From Moniliella sp. 'wahieum' (Eukaryota): 64,000 nt of DNA. Below the pieces are notes generated by a model, which was not told the DNA's origin, did no database searches, and saw only the letters and a program-made list of their open reading frames with translations. The stretch is from NCBI GenBank assembly GCA_003971905.1, contig RSEE01000038.1, positions 248,001-312,000 of the forward strand, read 5' to 3'. Position 1 is the first letter of the stretch. Every line of letters begins with the position of its first letter. Positions 12,301-23,350 of this stretch are shown here, piece after piece. A program made the translations under genes and the position numbers.

Positions 12301-13614
12301 CTGACGCACCTCTGCTGTGGAGAGTGCAGTAGCCCCCTCATCTTTTGTGAGCAAAAAAGGCTATTTATACAGGCACTATAGTAACTAGTGACGCGAGTGA
12401 CGCTCGTATTAGGCAGCACCAATTAAGTTTAAGGAAATCCGGTCTCAGGCCGAGCTGTGGGATACTGAGTACTGAGGACACGTGGCCACATATTAGGATC
12501 GTAGGTACCTTTCGTTTGAGCCACTGCGCGGTCTTGTGCATCAGAAGATGCAGCAAAACCGTGTCTACCATACGAACCACTGAGATCTGAGACCAGAGGA
12601 AATGTTATGCGCCTCTCCGAAGCACATCGTTTTCGCCCGCCGCACCCCCCCCCCCCCCCGCGTGGCGCCACTGCCAAGCTGGAGGCTTCAATAAGTGAAA
12701 AGCTTCCACTTTATCCATGTGTCGATCACTTCATCAACAACATGGACGAAATGCGTCTATTGAGAGGTACGTCTGGCCTCCTCAGGCCTGAGCCTCAGGG
12801 TTAGGGTTAGGCCTCAGGGGCCTCAAGCTTCAAGCCGCCTCAGAGGGCCTCAGGCCTAGTCTTGTGGCAATATTCTGTAGGAGACATCCGTTTTTCATTC
12901 GCGTTTGAAAGAGAGACCCCTGGGATACGCGCTACGCGCAGGTGGGATCCTGAGGCTGAGGCTCAGGCTCAGGCCTGTGAGGGACTTGAACTGCTTCCAA
13001 CGACAGTAATAGTGATCGATGGGTCGATGCGTGACGCGCGTGATGATCGCCGCCGCACATCCGGAGGTGCATAGCAGCCCATCCTGTGAGTTTCTGCCAC
13101 CGTCCCAGATCTCACTGTGGCAGTGTTGAACGTTCGTTGAACGTTCATTAATGATTAATGATTGTTATTTAATGATTCGCAGGGAGGTGTGCGTCTGCGA
13201 TGGCCCGATTGAATACATCAAGGGGCCGGTGGCAAGGAGAGGGACGATGGCCGCTGGGCGCTGGCCGTTGAAAGAAAGTATCACCCGTCGTTGCGCTGAT
13301 CTCGGGTTGCCAGAGTGTCAGCTTCTCAAAGGCAGCCGCAATTTAAGTGAGAATCTCGTTCCACCCCAGGGGGTCATGACCCAACCCGCCACACTGCCCC
13401 CATGCCGCGCTGGCCGGCATCGCCCCATAGCAGCCAGCCGCGCATTTGATGCATGATAGACAGGGCCAGGTGGAGCAATTATTGCCTCTTCTGCCTTGGG
13501 GCGCCGACGAGCACTTTCTACCGCCTCTTCGCCTCTTGCATCTTCCTCTTCTTGGCCTTTGGGTCAAAACTCCGTCGCTTCCCTCCCTCCCACCACCCCC
13601 ACCACCCCACCGCC

Positions 13615-15516
13615 ATGACCGACTACCTCGACGACCCGCAAGCTAACCCTGACTTCCCCATCCCGGCCGTTCCTAGCGGCCAAATCAGCCCTTCCACTGG
13701 CCACCCACCTGCAGTGGCCGCCTCGGACCTCGCCAGCACCCACTTTGACATTGCCATCGTAGGAGCTGGTGTGGTTGGTGCTTCGCTCGCCTACGCACTC
13801 GGCCGTAGCGGTCGCACCGTGGCCGTGGTCGAACGGGACTGGAGCGAGCCCGATCGGATTGTAGGGGAGCTGTTGCAACCCGGGGGCGTGCGCGCACTCG
13901 CGTGCCTCGATTTGCTGGACACCATGGAAGGAATCGAAGCTGTTCCCGTCACCGGATACCAAGTGTTCAATGGCGAGGAGAGCGTCCATATCCCGTACCC
14001 TTCCGCTGACGCCGTCGCGAACCTCAAGCCCCACACGCGTGGGTTGGTCGGAAAGGATGGTCGATTGGAAGGCCGTGCGTTCCACCACGGTCGGTTCATC
14101 CAGAAACTCCGCGCTAAGGCATTGGCTCAAGAGAACGTCACGTGTATCGAGGCTACTGTGCGCGACTTGGAAGAGGACCCGGCGTTGGGCCATGTGACAG
14201 GGCTGAATGCGGTGCGCAAGACCGGCCCTTCCAAGACGGAAGAACAGCTGGCCATCCGGGCCGATATGACCATCGTGGCCGATGGCATCTTTAGCAAGTT
14301 CCGCGGGGCCTATGGTACCACCATCAAACCTCAATTGCGCAGCCACTTTGTCGGGCTCGAGTTGGACCACGCGCCCATGCCTCAACCGCACCACGGCCAC
14401 GTCGTTCTGGCGCCCAGTGGACCCGTTCTGCTCTATCAAATCGCCGAATCCAAGCCTGCCGCCGATGGCACCATCGCTGTCCACTCCACTCGAATCTTGA
14501 TCGATTTCCCGGGCGACCAAAAGCCCAGTGCGACCAAGGGCGATTTGCCCCAGTACATTCGTCATCACGTCGCGCCCTACCTACCTACCGGTCTCGACCA
14601 AGCTCTGCTCAAAGAACTCGATCTGATCGAGCAGGGTAAAGGATCCAATCGGCTGCGCACCATGCCCAACTCTTTCCTTCCCCCGAGCGTGCAAGGTCAG
14701 TCCCGTTTCCGCCGTGGCTGCGTCGTGGTAGGGGATGCGATGAACATGCGCCACCCCTTGACCGGTGGCGGTATGACTGTCGCATTCTGGGACGTGGTGC
14801 TGCTCACCAACATTCTCAATGGCGGCGCCTGGTACCCCGGCAAGGGCAGCCCACTCGAGCGCAAACCCGGTAAGCTGGATCTTCGCCGTTGGGATCCTCA
14901 AGTCCGCCCGGCTTTGCTCCAGTGGCACTGGGACCGTAAAAATTTGGCCAGCGTGATCAACGTACTGGCTATCGCGCTCTACAGTCTCTTTGGCGCGGCC
15001 GACGATAACTTGCGCGTCCTGCGCGAAGGCTGCTTCAGGTACTTTGAGCGGGGGGGTAGCTACGTTGACGGTCCGGTCCGTCTCTTGTCGGGCACCACGC
15101 CTTCGCCTGCACTGCTCTTTTACCATTTCTTCAACGTGGCTCTCTACAGCATCTATGCCCTCTTCTTCCTCCCGCACCGGCACGTGGAACGGGGCAAGAC
15201 GGTGGTGCGCAAAGCTACCTTGGCTGAGTACCCTGCCTTATTCCTGCGCAGCATCATGGTTCTCTACACGGCTACCACCGTCTTTTTGCCCATTGTCTTT
15301 ACCGAGCTCAGAATGAACCGACCCGACTTTTCGCATACCCCGCGCAAGTCGGGTGGGTTTGTTCCTAAAGACGCTACGGGTCCCTGCACCTTTGCTCGGT
15401 TCTTGATCTTGGTCTGCTTGGCTATCATTACCTCGGCCTGGACCATCTTTAACCCCGATCGTCGTCCTGAGCTCTTTGCTTCCTCCCGCCTTAACATAAC
15501 GGTGGCCAGCGCATAA
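13615..15516 (+). CDS. ERG1: Squalene epoxidase (squalene monooxygenase)
   Basis: Intact intronless ORF with FAD motif DIAIVGAGVVG, DRIVGELLQPGG and GDAMNMRHPLTGGGMTVA, plus C-terminal hydrophobic helices. Confidence 0.97.
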   Translation: MTDYLDDPQANPDFPIPAVPSGQISPSTGHPPAVAASDLASTHFDIAIVGAGVVGASLAYALGRSGRTVAVVERDWSEPDRIVGELLQPGGVRALACLDLLDTMEGIEAVPVTGYQVFNGEESVHIPYPSADAVANLKPHTRGLVGKDGRLEGRAFHHGRFIQKLRAKALAQENVTCIEATVRDLEEDPALGHVTGLNAVRKTGPSKTEEQLAIRADMTIVADGIFSKFRGAYGTTIKPQLRSHFVGLELDHAPMPQPHHGHVVLAPSGPVLLYQIAESKPAADGTIAVHSTRILIDFPGDQKPSATKGDLPQYIRHHVAPYLPTGLDQALLKELDLIEQGKGSNRLRTMPNSFLPPSVQGQSRFRRGCVVVGDAMNMRHPLTGGGMTVAFWDVVLLTNILNGGAWYPGKGSPLERKPGKLDLRRWDPQVRPALLQWHWDRKNLASVINVLAIALYSLFGAADDNLRVLREGCFRYFERGGSYVDGPVRLLSGTTPSPALLFYHFFNVALYSIYALFFLPHRHVERGKTVVRKATLAEYPALFLRSIMVLYTATTVFLPIVFTELRMNRPDFSHTPRKSGGFVPKDATGPCTFARFLILVCLAIITSAWTIFNPDRRPELFASSRLNITVASA

Positions 15517-16462
15517 CCGGGGGCTATCTTGACCCTGGACAGCCGCCTCAAGGGGCTGGTATTATGTCGGATTTCCGCGCACTGCTGCTCCGCACCCGTA
15601 CAGGTTGATGTTGTGTGTCGCTCTGTGCCCTTGAATCCATTTACGCGTCTCGTTCCCTATGAGAAAAAGAATTAAAGCACGTACGACTCTCATTTCTAAC
15701 ATCATTGGGCGGGCGGGGGAGGGGGTGGAGGGGACGAGTGGTATACCATGGAGTCACGGCCATGTTCGCTTCCCGTTACTTGGATTCATACTGGGGTCGC
15801 AGCAGTCAGTACTCAGTTCTATTTCGTCCCGGTTGTGTGAAAGTGGAGTTGAGATATGAGATCGTCCCATCGTTTTGGAACACCAACACTTGTAGCCAAA
15901 CCCAGCTTGGGTGGCTTGTGCGTGGGTGGTAGAAGGCCTGTTTGATATGCGGCAGTACTGCGTCCACCATATCTGACCGTATGTTCTCGCCACTTGGCAT
16001 CAGATGCGCCTTTGAACGCCTCGATCTGGCTCATCATGCAGTGGTGGTTCAAGCTTTGCTTCGTCGATCATGGCCTAGCGTGAACAAGGATGTCGCGCGG
16101 ACGAGAGAGAGCTCAATAATACTGCTCGTCGAGGGCAGCATGACTTGCAACATCCAATGTGAGGCAAGGCAACTGGCAAGGCAATCAGATGGAGGCTCTG
16201 CCACCTGCAACAACAACTCACCCCTTTTCCCTCTCTGCAGTCTGTGGCACTTGTGTCTCATTTGAATTGGACTCAGTTTACCGAGGGGGCTAGGATGCCA
16301 TCCTTGTTCGGCTCCGAGTCAAGCTGTGGCCGTAACTAGTTGCCGAGTATGCAATAGTGGTGTAGAGAGCCGAAGGGGATATACGACACATTATAGTGGA
16401 AAGAGGAAAGCGACAGACACAGAACGTTCAGTCGTGGGTTGCGAGAGCGGGGAGGAGAGGCC

Positions 16463-17149
16463 TTATTCGTCGAATTGACTCAAGCCCTGGCGGGCTTGCT
16501 GGATAATGTTGCCAAAGTATTTGAGGCTAGCGATTTGGCTTTTGATCACCTCCCAATCGGGGCCTCGGCGGCCAGTTGGTCGGCAATGGCCTGTTCCGCC
16601 TCGGCCAAGGGCGGTTGGGCGGTTGCCAAGACATCCTGGAACGCTTCCTTGTCCTCCGCCTCCTCCAGCTGCTCTTGCAACTCGAACACATGCGCCAACA
16701 GCACCGGATCAGTCAGACGCGCTTCTTCGTCAATGTTGGCAGGAGTGTATGTCTCGAGCTAAAAGAGAGCAAAGGAGTTAGGCAATGCGTGATGCGGGGG
16801 GCTGGGGGAAGGGAGAGGGGTGCGTACAAGGTAGGTAGCGCGGGGCAGGGGGTCCCGTAGTGTTTCGTAGCGCGGTTGACAACGGCTGAGCGCTCTGCTG
16901 CAGCCTCCTGTTCGGCAGGGGTGGCGTTGACCATGCGGTCGGGGTGGGTGAGCGCCTGGGCTCGGCGCCAGGCTGCCTTGAGCGCCCCGGGTCCACCGCC
17001 CATTTGGGCGAGCGAGGCGCTGGCGAGGTGGGCGCCAGCAGCTGGTAGTAGGGGGGGAGTCCCGACGCGGGTGTCGCATGCAGCGCGCGCACCAGCGCTA
17101 CACGCGCCTCCAGCGCCAGCGCCGGGCGTGCGAGGCGGAAAGGCAGCAT
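16463..17149 (-). CDS. JAC1: Mitochondrial Fe-S cluster J-domain co-chaperone (HscB/Jac1)
   Basis: Presequence-like start, then LKAAWRRAQALTHPDR...SAVVNRAYETLRDPLPRATYL. Intron 16759-16827. C-terminal exon reads LTDPVLLAHVFELQEQLEE...LKYFGNI. Frameshifts in exon 1. Confidence 0.9.
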
Positions 17150-17687
17150 GGCGGGGAGGATGCGGGCCTTGCTGAACGCACCGAGCCTGCGACCGAGGCT
17201 GATGTTGCTCAGCGTAGTCCGAGCCCAAGAAGCCACCACGTGCAATTTGAACGTTCAGTCTCCAGGGTGTGTCACATGTGACATGAGGCATCACATGCAT
17301 TACAACACGACATATCACACTCAAGGGAGAGCTGTCCCAGATCTCATGCATCATCATGCATCATGCATCATGTCCCTTCCGCTCGATTTCAATTTCTCGT
17401 GTCACATGGACATTTCATATTGCACAAGAGGCCCATCGAGCATCGAGGCCAACCATCTCAAACTCCGACGCGAATCGCTGTACCGAGGGGGTCAAAATAC
17501 TACTCCGGCTTTTGCTCTTGCCGCGTAGAGTGACTCCCCATCCATCAGCCATCTCTGGCGTGGAGCGTGGACTAGCCAAACTGTACCGACCTGGTTGCGA
17601 TCAACTACCTACAGTTCGCTCGGTCCATTTCCTGCTGCTGTTTTGGGACGGCGTAGTTGCTGATGGCGTTACAATACACGACTTAAG

Positions 17688-18155
17688 CTATTCCCGTGCC
17701 TTCCGGCGTACACTGGCAGGCGTAAAAACAGCCGCCTCCTTCTGCAGGTCCCGTAGCACTGGTGCCGCCGAGGCAATCACCGCCCTTGCTGGCAGGAGCG
17801 CGGGTGGTTGCAGAGGCGGGAGGGGAGCGGGGGCTGGGGCTGGGGCGGTCGTAGCCGCAGAGGAGGACTCGTTGCCACTCCAATAGGATGGGGGCTCGTC
17901 CTTTTCGGTCCAGCCTTCAATCCTAGCCGAAGGGGGTGCAGGTCCCGGCGGAGCGGAATGGAGCGCAAGTCGAGCTTGGGTAAAGGCCTCGGTGCTGGGC
18001 GGGCGCTGAGGTGGAAGGGAGCGGGTTGCTGCAGGTCCTGCCATTCGCCGCCGCCAGAGGTGGTCAGAGGTTAGAGACGGAAGCACAAATTAAGGAAACG
18101 CATACATACGTGGGTCGTACTCGTACGCCGCCGCGTTGGCCTCCTTGCTGGCCAT
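17688..18155 (-). CDS. Short Pro-rich protein with a WBP11-like C-terminal motif
   Basis: MASKEANAAAYEYDP plus intron 18038-18109 (GTATGT..CTAAC..CAG) splices in frame to an ORF ending SAAPVLRDLQKEAAVFTPASVRRK. This resembles the C-terminal motif of fungal WW-domain-binding protein 11. Confidence 0.6.
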
Positions 18156-18260
18156 GCTTGCCGGCAAGGCGCTCGGTGCGGGGAGGAGGGGTACGGCGGT
18201 TGTGGATGGATGGAAGAAGTGTGGAGAGATGGCAGCTGCAATGGCAGGCATTAGCCGGCC

Positions 18261-18291
18261 TGAATATTGAATGTTGAACGTTGAACATTGA
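18261..18291. repeat. 7-bp-period TGA array (ATAT, ATGT, ACGT, ACAT)
   Basis: TGA at 18261, 18268, 18275, 18282 and 18289. Confidence 0.85.
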
Positions 18292-18609
18292 AATAGCCCT
18301 GCGCTCTATTTCTGGCCGTCTGGCCGTAATTTCCCACTGAGACCTAACCGGTCTGAGATCTCGGGATGTGAGCCTCTCAAGTGTAAGTGTGTGTTAGCAT
18401 GTACTAGCCTGACTTGTCACTGTGACAAGCTGACCAGCTGCATGGACAGCTGAGTTCGCGGCAATCGCGATCGAGTAGAGGTCCTTCCTTTCCTCCCGCC
18501 ACCTCACTTTCCTCTCCCATGGCTCTCCACTCGATAGCGGGCGCAAAAAGTTGTCTGCTGCACCCCGTACCCCCAAAAGCGTGGCGGCGACCATGGGGTG
18601 CAGGTCGCA

Positions 18610-20978
18610 ATGGACACCGTGGCGCTATGCCTCCCGCCACACCCCTCCTCGCCCCCCGGACACGCCCGCCTGGCTCTGGTCCCTCGTGGCACCTTCCACA
18701 CCCTCCCTTCCCGCCTTCCGCCGTTCCTCCTGGCCAATTTGCTTTTCACATCCCCGCTCCTGCATACACGACCAGCGGAAATCTCATCAACAGCCAAGCC
18801 TTCTATTGGCGTCCATATCACACCCACGTCCTTCGCCACTTTATCGAACCGTAGGCGCCCACTCTTCCAGCCATGTCTATCCTAACCCCGAGTCAGAGAA
18901 AAATGCCGAGATGGACTCGATAACGGGCGAAGGATGGTTGCGTTCCAGATTTGTCGGCTCCTGGGCTCGCATCTTTGGCGGTCCATTTTGACCAAGCAAG
19001 AGACCGCGTCACACCCGAGATACGCAACGGTGCACTCAATGTACTGTACGACTACTGCGAGAGCTCCTCGCGCTCCGTTCGCTTCATTGGTTACCGCAGC
19101 TTGGTGGAGCTTTCCTTTGCCGATCCGCTTGTGGTGCGACGCAACGTGGATGTACTGATCCAGTTGTTGGTGATACAGCATAAGGGAAGAGCGGTTGATC
19201 AAGGCGGGATTGCGCACTTTGCTCAGCCTTGAACCTGAGAAGACACTGGAAATGCTGCTGGCGCCGAATCGCTTTCATCCCCCAACATACGCAAATCCCT
19301 TCTTTATTTTTCGCAGTGGCAGTGATGCCGTCTCCCGGGAAGGAAACGTCAGATGGCATGCCCGCCACAGAAAAGGACAGCTTTCCTACCCTACTGGCTT
19401 CTAACCAAGAACTTCAGGCAACTCGCCCTTCGTCTCGCCGAGATCTCATCCTTCCATCTCAAGAGGAGAAAGAGGGAGAGTATGGTGGAGTCGTACGTGG
19501 TCACACTTCCCGATCAGAAATGGGACTTGGATATTGTCTCTCGGTTGCTTTTCGGTCATGAGGGGAAAGCGGCCTGACTCACCTCTGGAGCGAAGAGCCC
19601 AGTTCGTATCGCGTCCAAGCGGCTAGGCAAGCGCTGCTCGACTCCCTCCTTTTACGGGGAGCAGAAAATTGGTGATGATGATGCTTTATTTGCGCTCTCT
19701 GCCGCCCAATGCGCGCGTCGGACCAAATCCAGGCGAGACGGAGGCAATATTGGAAGTGTGGAAGGACACACTTCCTCGTCTTAGTAAGAATGAGGACCGC
19801 ACTAATACTGATCATGCGGTGACCATGGACCGTTCGGTTGGGCTCGCACGAGACACAAAAGGGCCATCATACGAGTGCTCCAGTACCTCCGTCAGGAGGA
19901 ACCTTTGTTCCTGTCACGTTCACCCGCCGGGGGCAAGAGGGCGGCCAAAGTGCAAGTTATCTATGAGAGTTTCCGCATTGGTTGCCTTGGGGACGATGGG
20001 GATTCAACACTACAGCTCGTGTCGCCCGGGGTGAAGGTATGCTTGACCAGACTGGCAGCGCTAGCGGCGCTGGCCCGCCGACAGGTTGCTCTACGACACA
20101 TGACCGGCGGAGCTTATGATACGCACCTTGTCCAGCCGTTGTTTGAAGGTTTGATCAGCACCCCCATCCCGTCTGGGGAGGGGGCGCTGAGCATGTACTT
20201 GCGCTCGAGTGCGCGGAGGCGCATTTTGGGGTCTTTCCATGGCTTTACCTTTGGTATGTTATCTCTCTTTGCTTTGATACACACCCTGACTATCATATCC
20301 CTTGCCGATGACTAGCGCTCCCAACAGTCGGTACCCATGGCGTCGGTGACGGATAGCCCTGCGGCACAAGAAGTCTTGCAACGCTGGCTAAAATGGCTGC
20401 GCACGGATCGCCAGTTACACAGGAGGTGGCCAAGAGAGGGCCAGCGAGAAGGTTTACCTCTCAATCTTGCTTCGAACCATTGAAGAGATCAGTTGCCAGT
20501 TACTCCTCCCTGCCTACCAGCGGACCGCACTCGACTTACCACCCGTCTGGATTGGCATCTCGGCGCCCCCTCTCGACCCAAGTGCCCAGCTTCTCAATGG
20601 GCTTTCACTTGATCTACCCAGACGACCATCTCCCCCCTTCGCGACAGCTGCGGTAAGGCCGCTGAACATCCGTGGCATAGCCGGGGCACGAAGCGATCCC
20701 ACGTCGAGGAAAGCGTGCACTTGGTGAATGGAACTCTAACCCCCACAGTGGTATCAATCAAGGGCAGTGCACGTACGATTGCCTCATTGCCCGTGGCCAA
20801 GCCCCCACTCAATCCGCCGCAACCTTCCATCGCCGCTGCGCATTGTGCCCAGCTTCAGCCCGAGGCCCCACCCCAAGGTAAATTGTTGGGCAACGTGGAG
20901 CCAAAGCCCACTGGCCAGAGTTTGATCCAGGAGTGGCCACTAGCCCTCCCCCACGGACGCAAGAAGCAAAGGTGCTAA
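18610..20978 (+). CDS. Apoptosis inhibitor 5 (API5)-like ARM/HEAT protein
   Basis: NGALNVLYDYCESSSRSVRFIGYRSLVELSFADPLVVRRNVDVLIQLL..LIKAGLRTLLSLEPEKTL matches the N-terminal pattern of the API5 family. Many frameshifts and a probable intron near 20254-20327. Start and end are approximate. Confidence 0.65.
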
Positions 20979-22106
20979 AAGTGTTACACGGATTACAGTT
21001 CGGTCGTATTACATGCCGTTATAGTCGTCAACATGAAGAAGGAAGATCTCGAAAGAAATGCACATGTTGCTGCATTCATAGTAGAAGTTTATGAATGGAG
21101 GGGAAAGTGAGACGAAATACAGCAGTGTGATTCTTTTTCCGCGAAAGGAGGCAATGGGGAGGAGGAGGAGGATGAAGAAGGGAAAGGGAAAAAAGGGGAA
21201 GAGGAGACGACATGTCATACCATACTATCGGCCTATCTACTGAGGATGGTGGGAAATAATGCGGCATTATGAATGAGGATGAAGATCCTTTCAGTGTACA
21301 GCAATAGAATGTGACCCACTTGGCCACCTTAATTTCGTAGACCACAGCCATTTTCTTTTCAAGCGGAAGGGGCGGGCGTCGAGCAGCTGGTTTCCTCCTT
21401 GAGAGGGAAAAGGCGGAGAGACAAGGGATGTATGTCCCAACAGATGTGACAGGTTGTTGGACCCGTGGTCCCGTACTTAGGCCAAGGTGCCTCATCACCC
21501 TTCACCCCTGATTTGTCCTCCCAAGCCTCCACGTGATACTCAGGCTTGTTTGAAACCCCTGTCTCTAGGTTGGCACAAGGCTTAGACCCGAACCACACCA
21601 CCATCGCGATTGCATTGCTCTACATCTCCAGAGGTTCTTCACCCAATCCCTTGGGTTCCTCCGGTCTTACACGGGTCAAACGTGACCGTACTGACCTTCA
21701 GCGTATATATCTTTCGTCTTTACTGTTCGATAGCATCCCCTCTCTTCGTGTGCATCTGGACCACCGCACCATCCATCCTCCATTGAGAATATGAGACACA
21801 TGTCGCCGCAGAATATACATACGTGTGTTGTGCACGTTTTCATATCGATTACATTGCTTGCTGCCGGCTTGAGCGCTTGAGCGCTCAGGCTGAGCGCCAC
21901 TGAGAGGGCTGAGCCTCAGCTCTGGGGCTCTGGCAGCTCTCGCCTACACAATAAATCGCATTTGCGTCTCTGCGAGCCGGTCTACTCTCAAAAGTTTTTT
22001 CACCCGGTTGTGGCTCTCTCAGTGTGTTAAACTGCATGAAGCAGGCTGAAGCTTGGGGCTTGTGGAGGTTGTGGAGGTTGGACGCTGGAGCGTTTATTAT
22101 GGCAGG

Positions 22107-22158
22107 TGACCGGTGAAGCTTGAAGCTTGAAGCTTGAAGCTTGGAGCTTGGTACCTGA
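22107..22158. repeat. 7-bp-period TGA array (CCGG then AGCT x5)
   Basis: TGA or TGG every 7 nt from 22107 to 22156. Confidence 0.9.
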
Positions 22159-23350
22159 AAAACGTTGCTGAGATGTCGACGCTAAAAGAGTCAATTAGGT
22201 ATCGGCTATTATATATGCATCTCAGGGACTATCTTACGGCAAACAAGACTGTTGAATGTATGATGTGGAACAAGGCAGACAGAGTGTGACATGTGACTAC
22301 GCCAGGAAAGACATCATCGGTGATCGATAAGGCCCAAGCCCCCTGCCCCACCCCCCTAAGGCGTAACCCGTAAGACCTAAGGAAAGGGACAAATCAGAGA
22401 AACAGCGACGAGAACGGTCATGACACGGAGCGAAGACCTGGTGGGTCAGTCTGGAGGGCGTCCGGTCGCTCCGTGCGGCATTGATGGTTACGGTCACCGA
22501 CGGTCATCGGTCATATCGAAGTCTATAGTCAGCACGGCGGAGGACGATGGAGTAACTAGTAAGGCGAATGACTCTTGTGCATGACCCTCCGACCCCTAGT
22601 TCCTCAGGCCTGCGACATCTGAGATGAGCAGAGATCCTCGAAGTCGAGAGGGAGTGCGCACAGCGCGCGAGTGTGGAGCCTATTACGTATGCGAATTAAG
22701 CGAGCGTCACCGGCTCACCGACTCACCGAACAACCTGAAGTCTGTGCGGGGGAATCTGACAGCACTATCTCCAAGCCCAGGCTTGCTGTGGCTGGCGATA
22801 ATTGATAAGGCTTGGCGCTGGCGTGCGCTTGCCGGACGTGTTTGAGTACGTACGTACTGTGTTCCTTGGTATACTTTAAGCGGGCTTGCCAAGACGCACG
22901 TCTCAACTACATCGATCATGCATCAGGTCGATCAGGGCTCCAGCGCGCTCCAGCCCCAGGAGGCCCCAGGGCTTCAGGTTCCTCAGCGCCTCAGCGTCCA
23001 GCCTCAGGGCATCGTTGTGCCGAGTGCGTCCTCGTGCGCGGCGGGGCAGACGGCGGAAATGGACGTCCGGATTTGCCGAACGGCGTTTGCACCGCGTGAC
23101 AAAATTTTTATGCCGGCACCGGGCCAGTGCATAACCCGCGGCCTCATGTATCGGCGCACTATCAGCCAGGCACCGATCCAACGGAGATTGAACGTTTGAA
23201 CGTTGACATTGAACATTGAAGATTGATTACGATTATCGCCTTCGTATCACCTCACACTCGCCTGTGGGGAGCGCCGGAGCGGAGCACCTTCCGTTACCCC
23301 TACCTTCTCCATCACCCATCACCCTCCATCACCCTCATCCCCCCATCAGC

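Noticed and set aside
13564..15183. Long antisense ORFs opposite ERG1, and similar ones opposite PRT1, RAD54, ZUO1 and the repeat gene
   Set aside because: Shadow ORFs expected from high GC3 codon bias.
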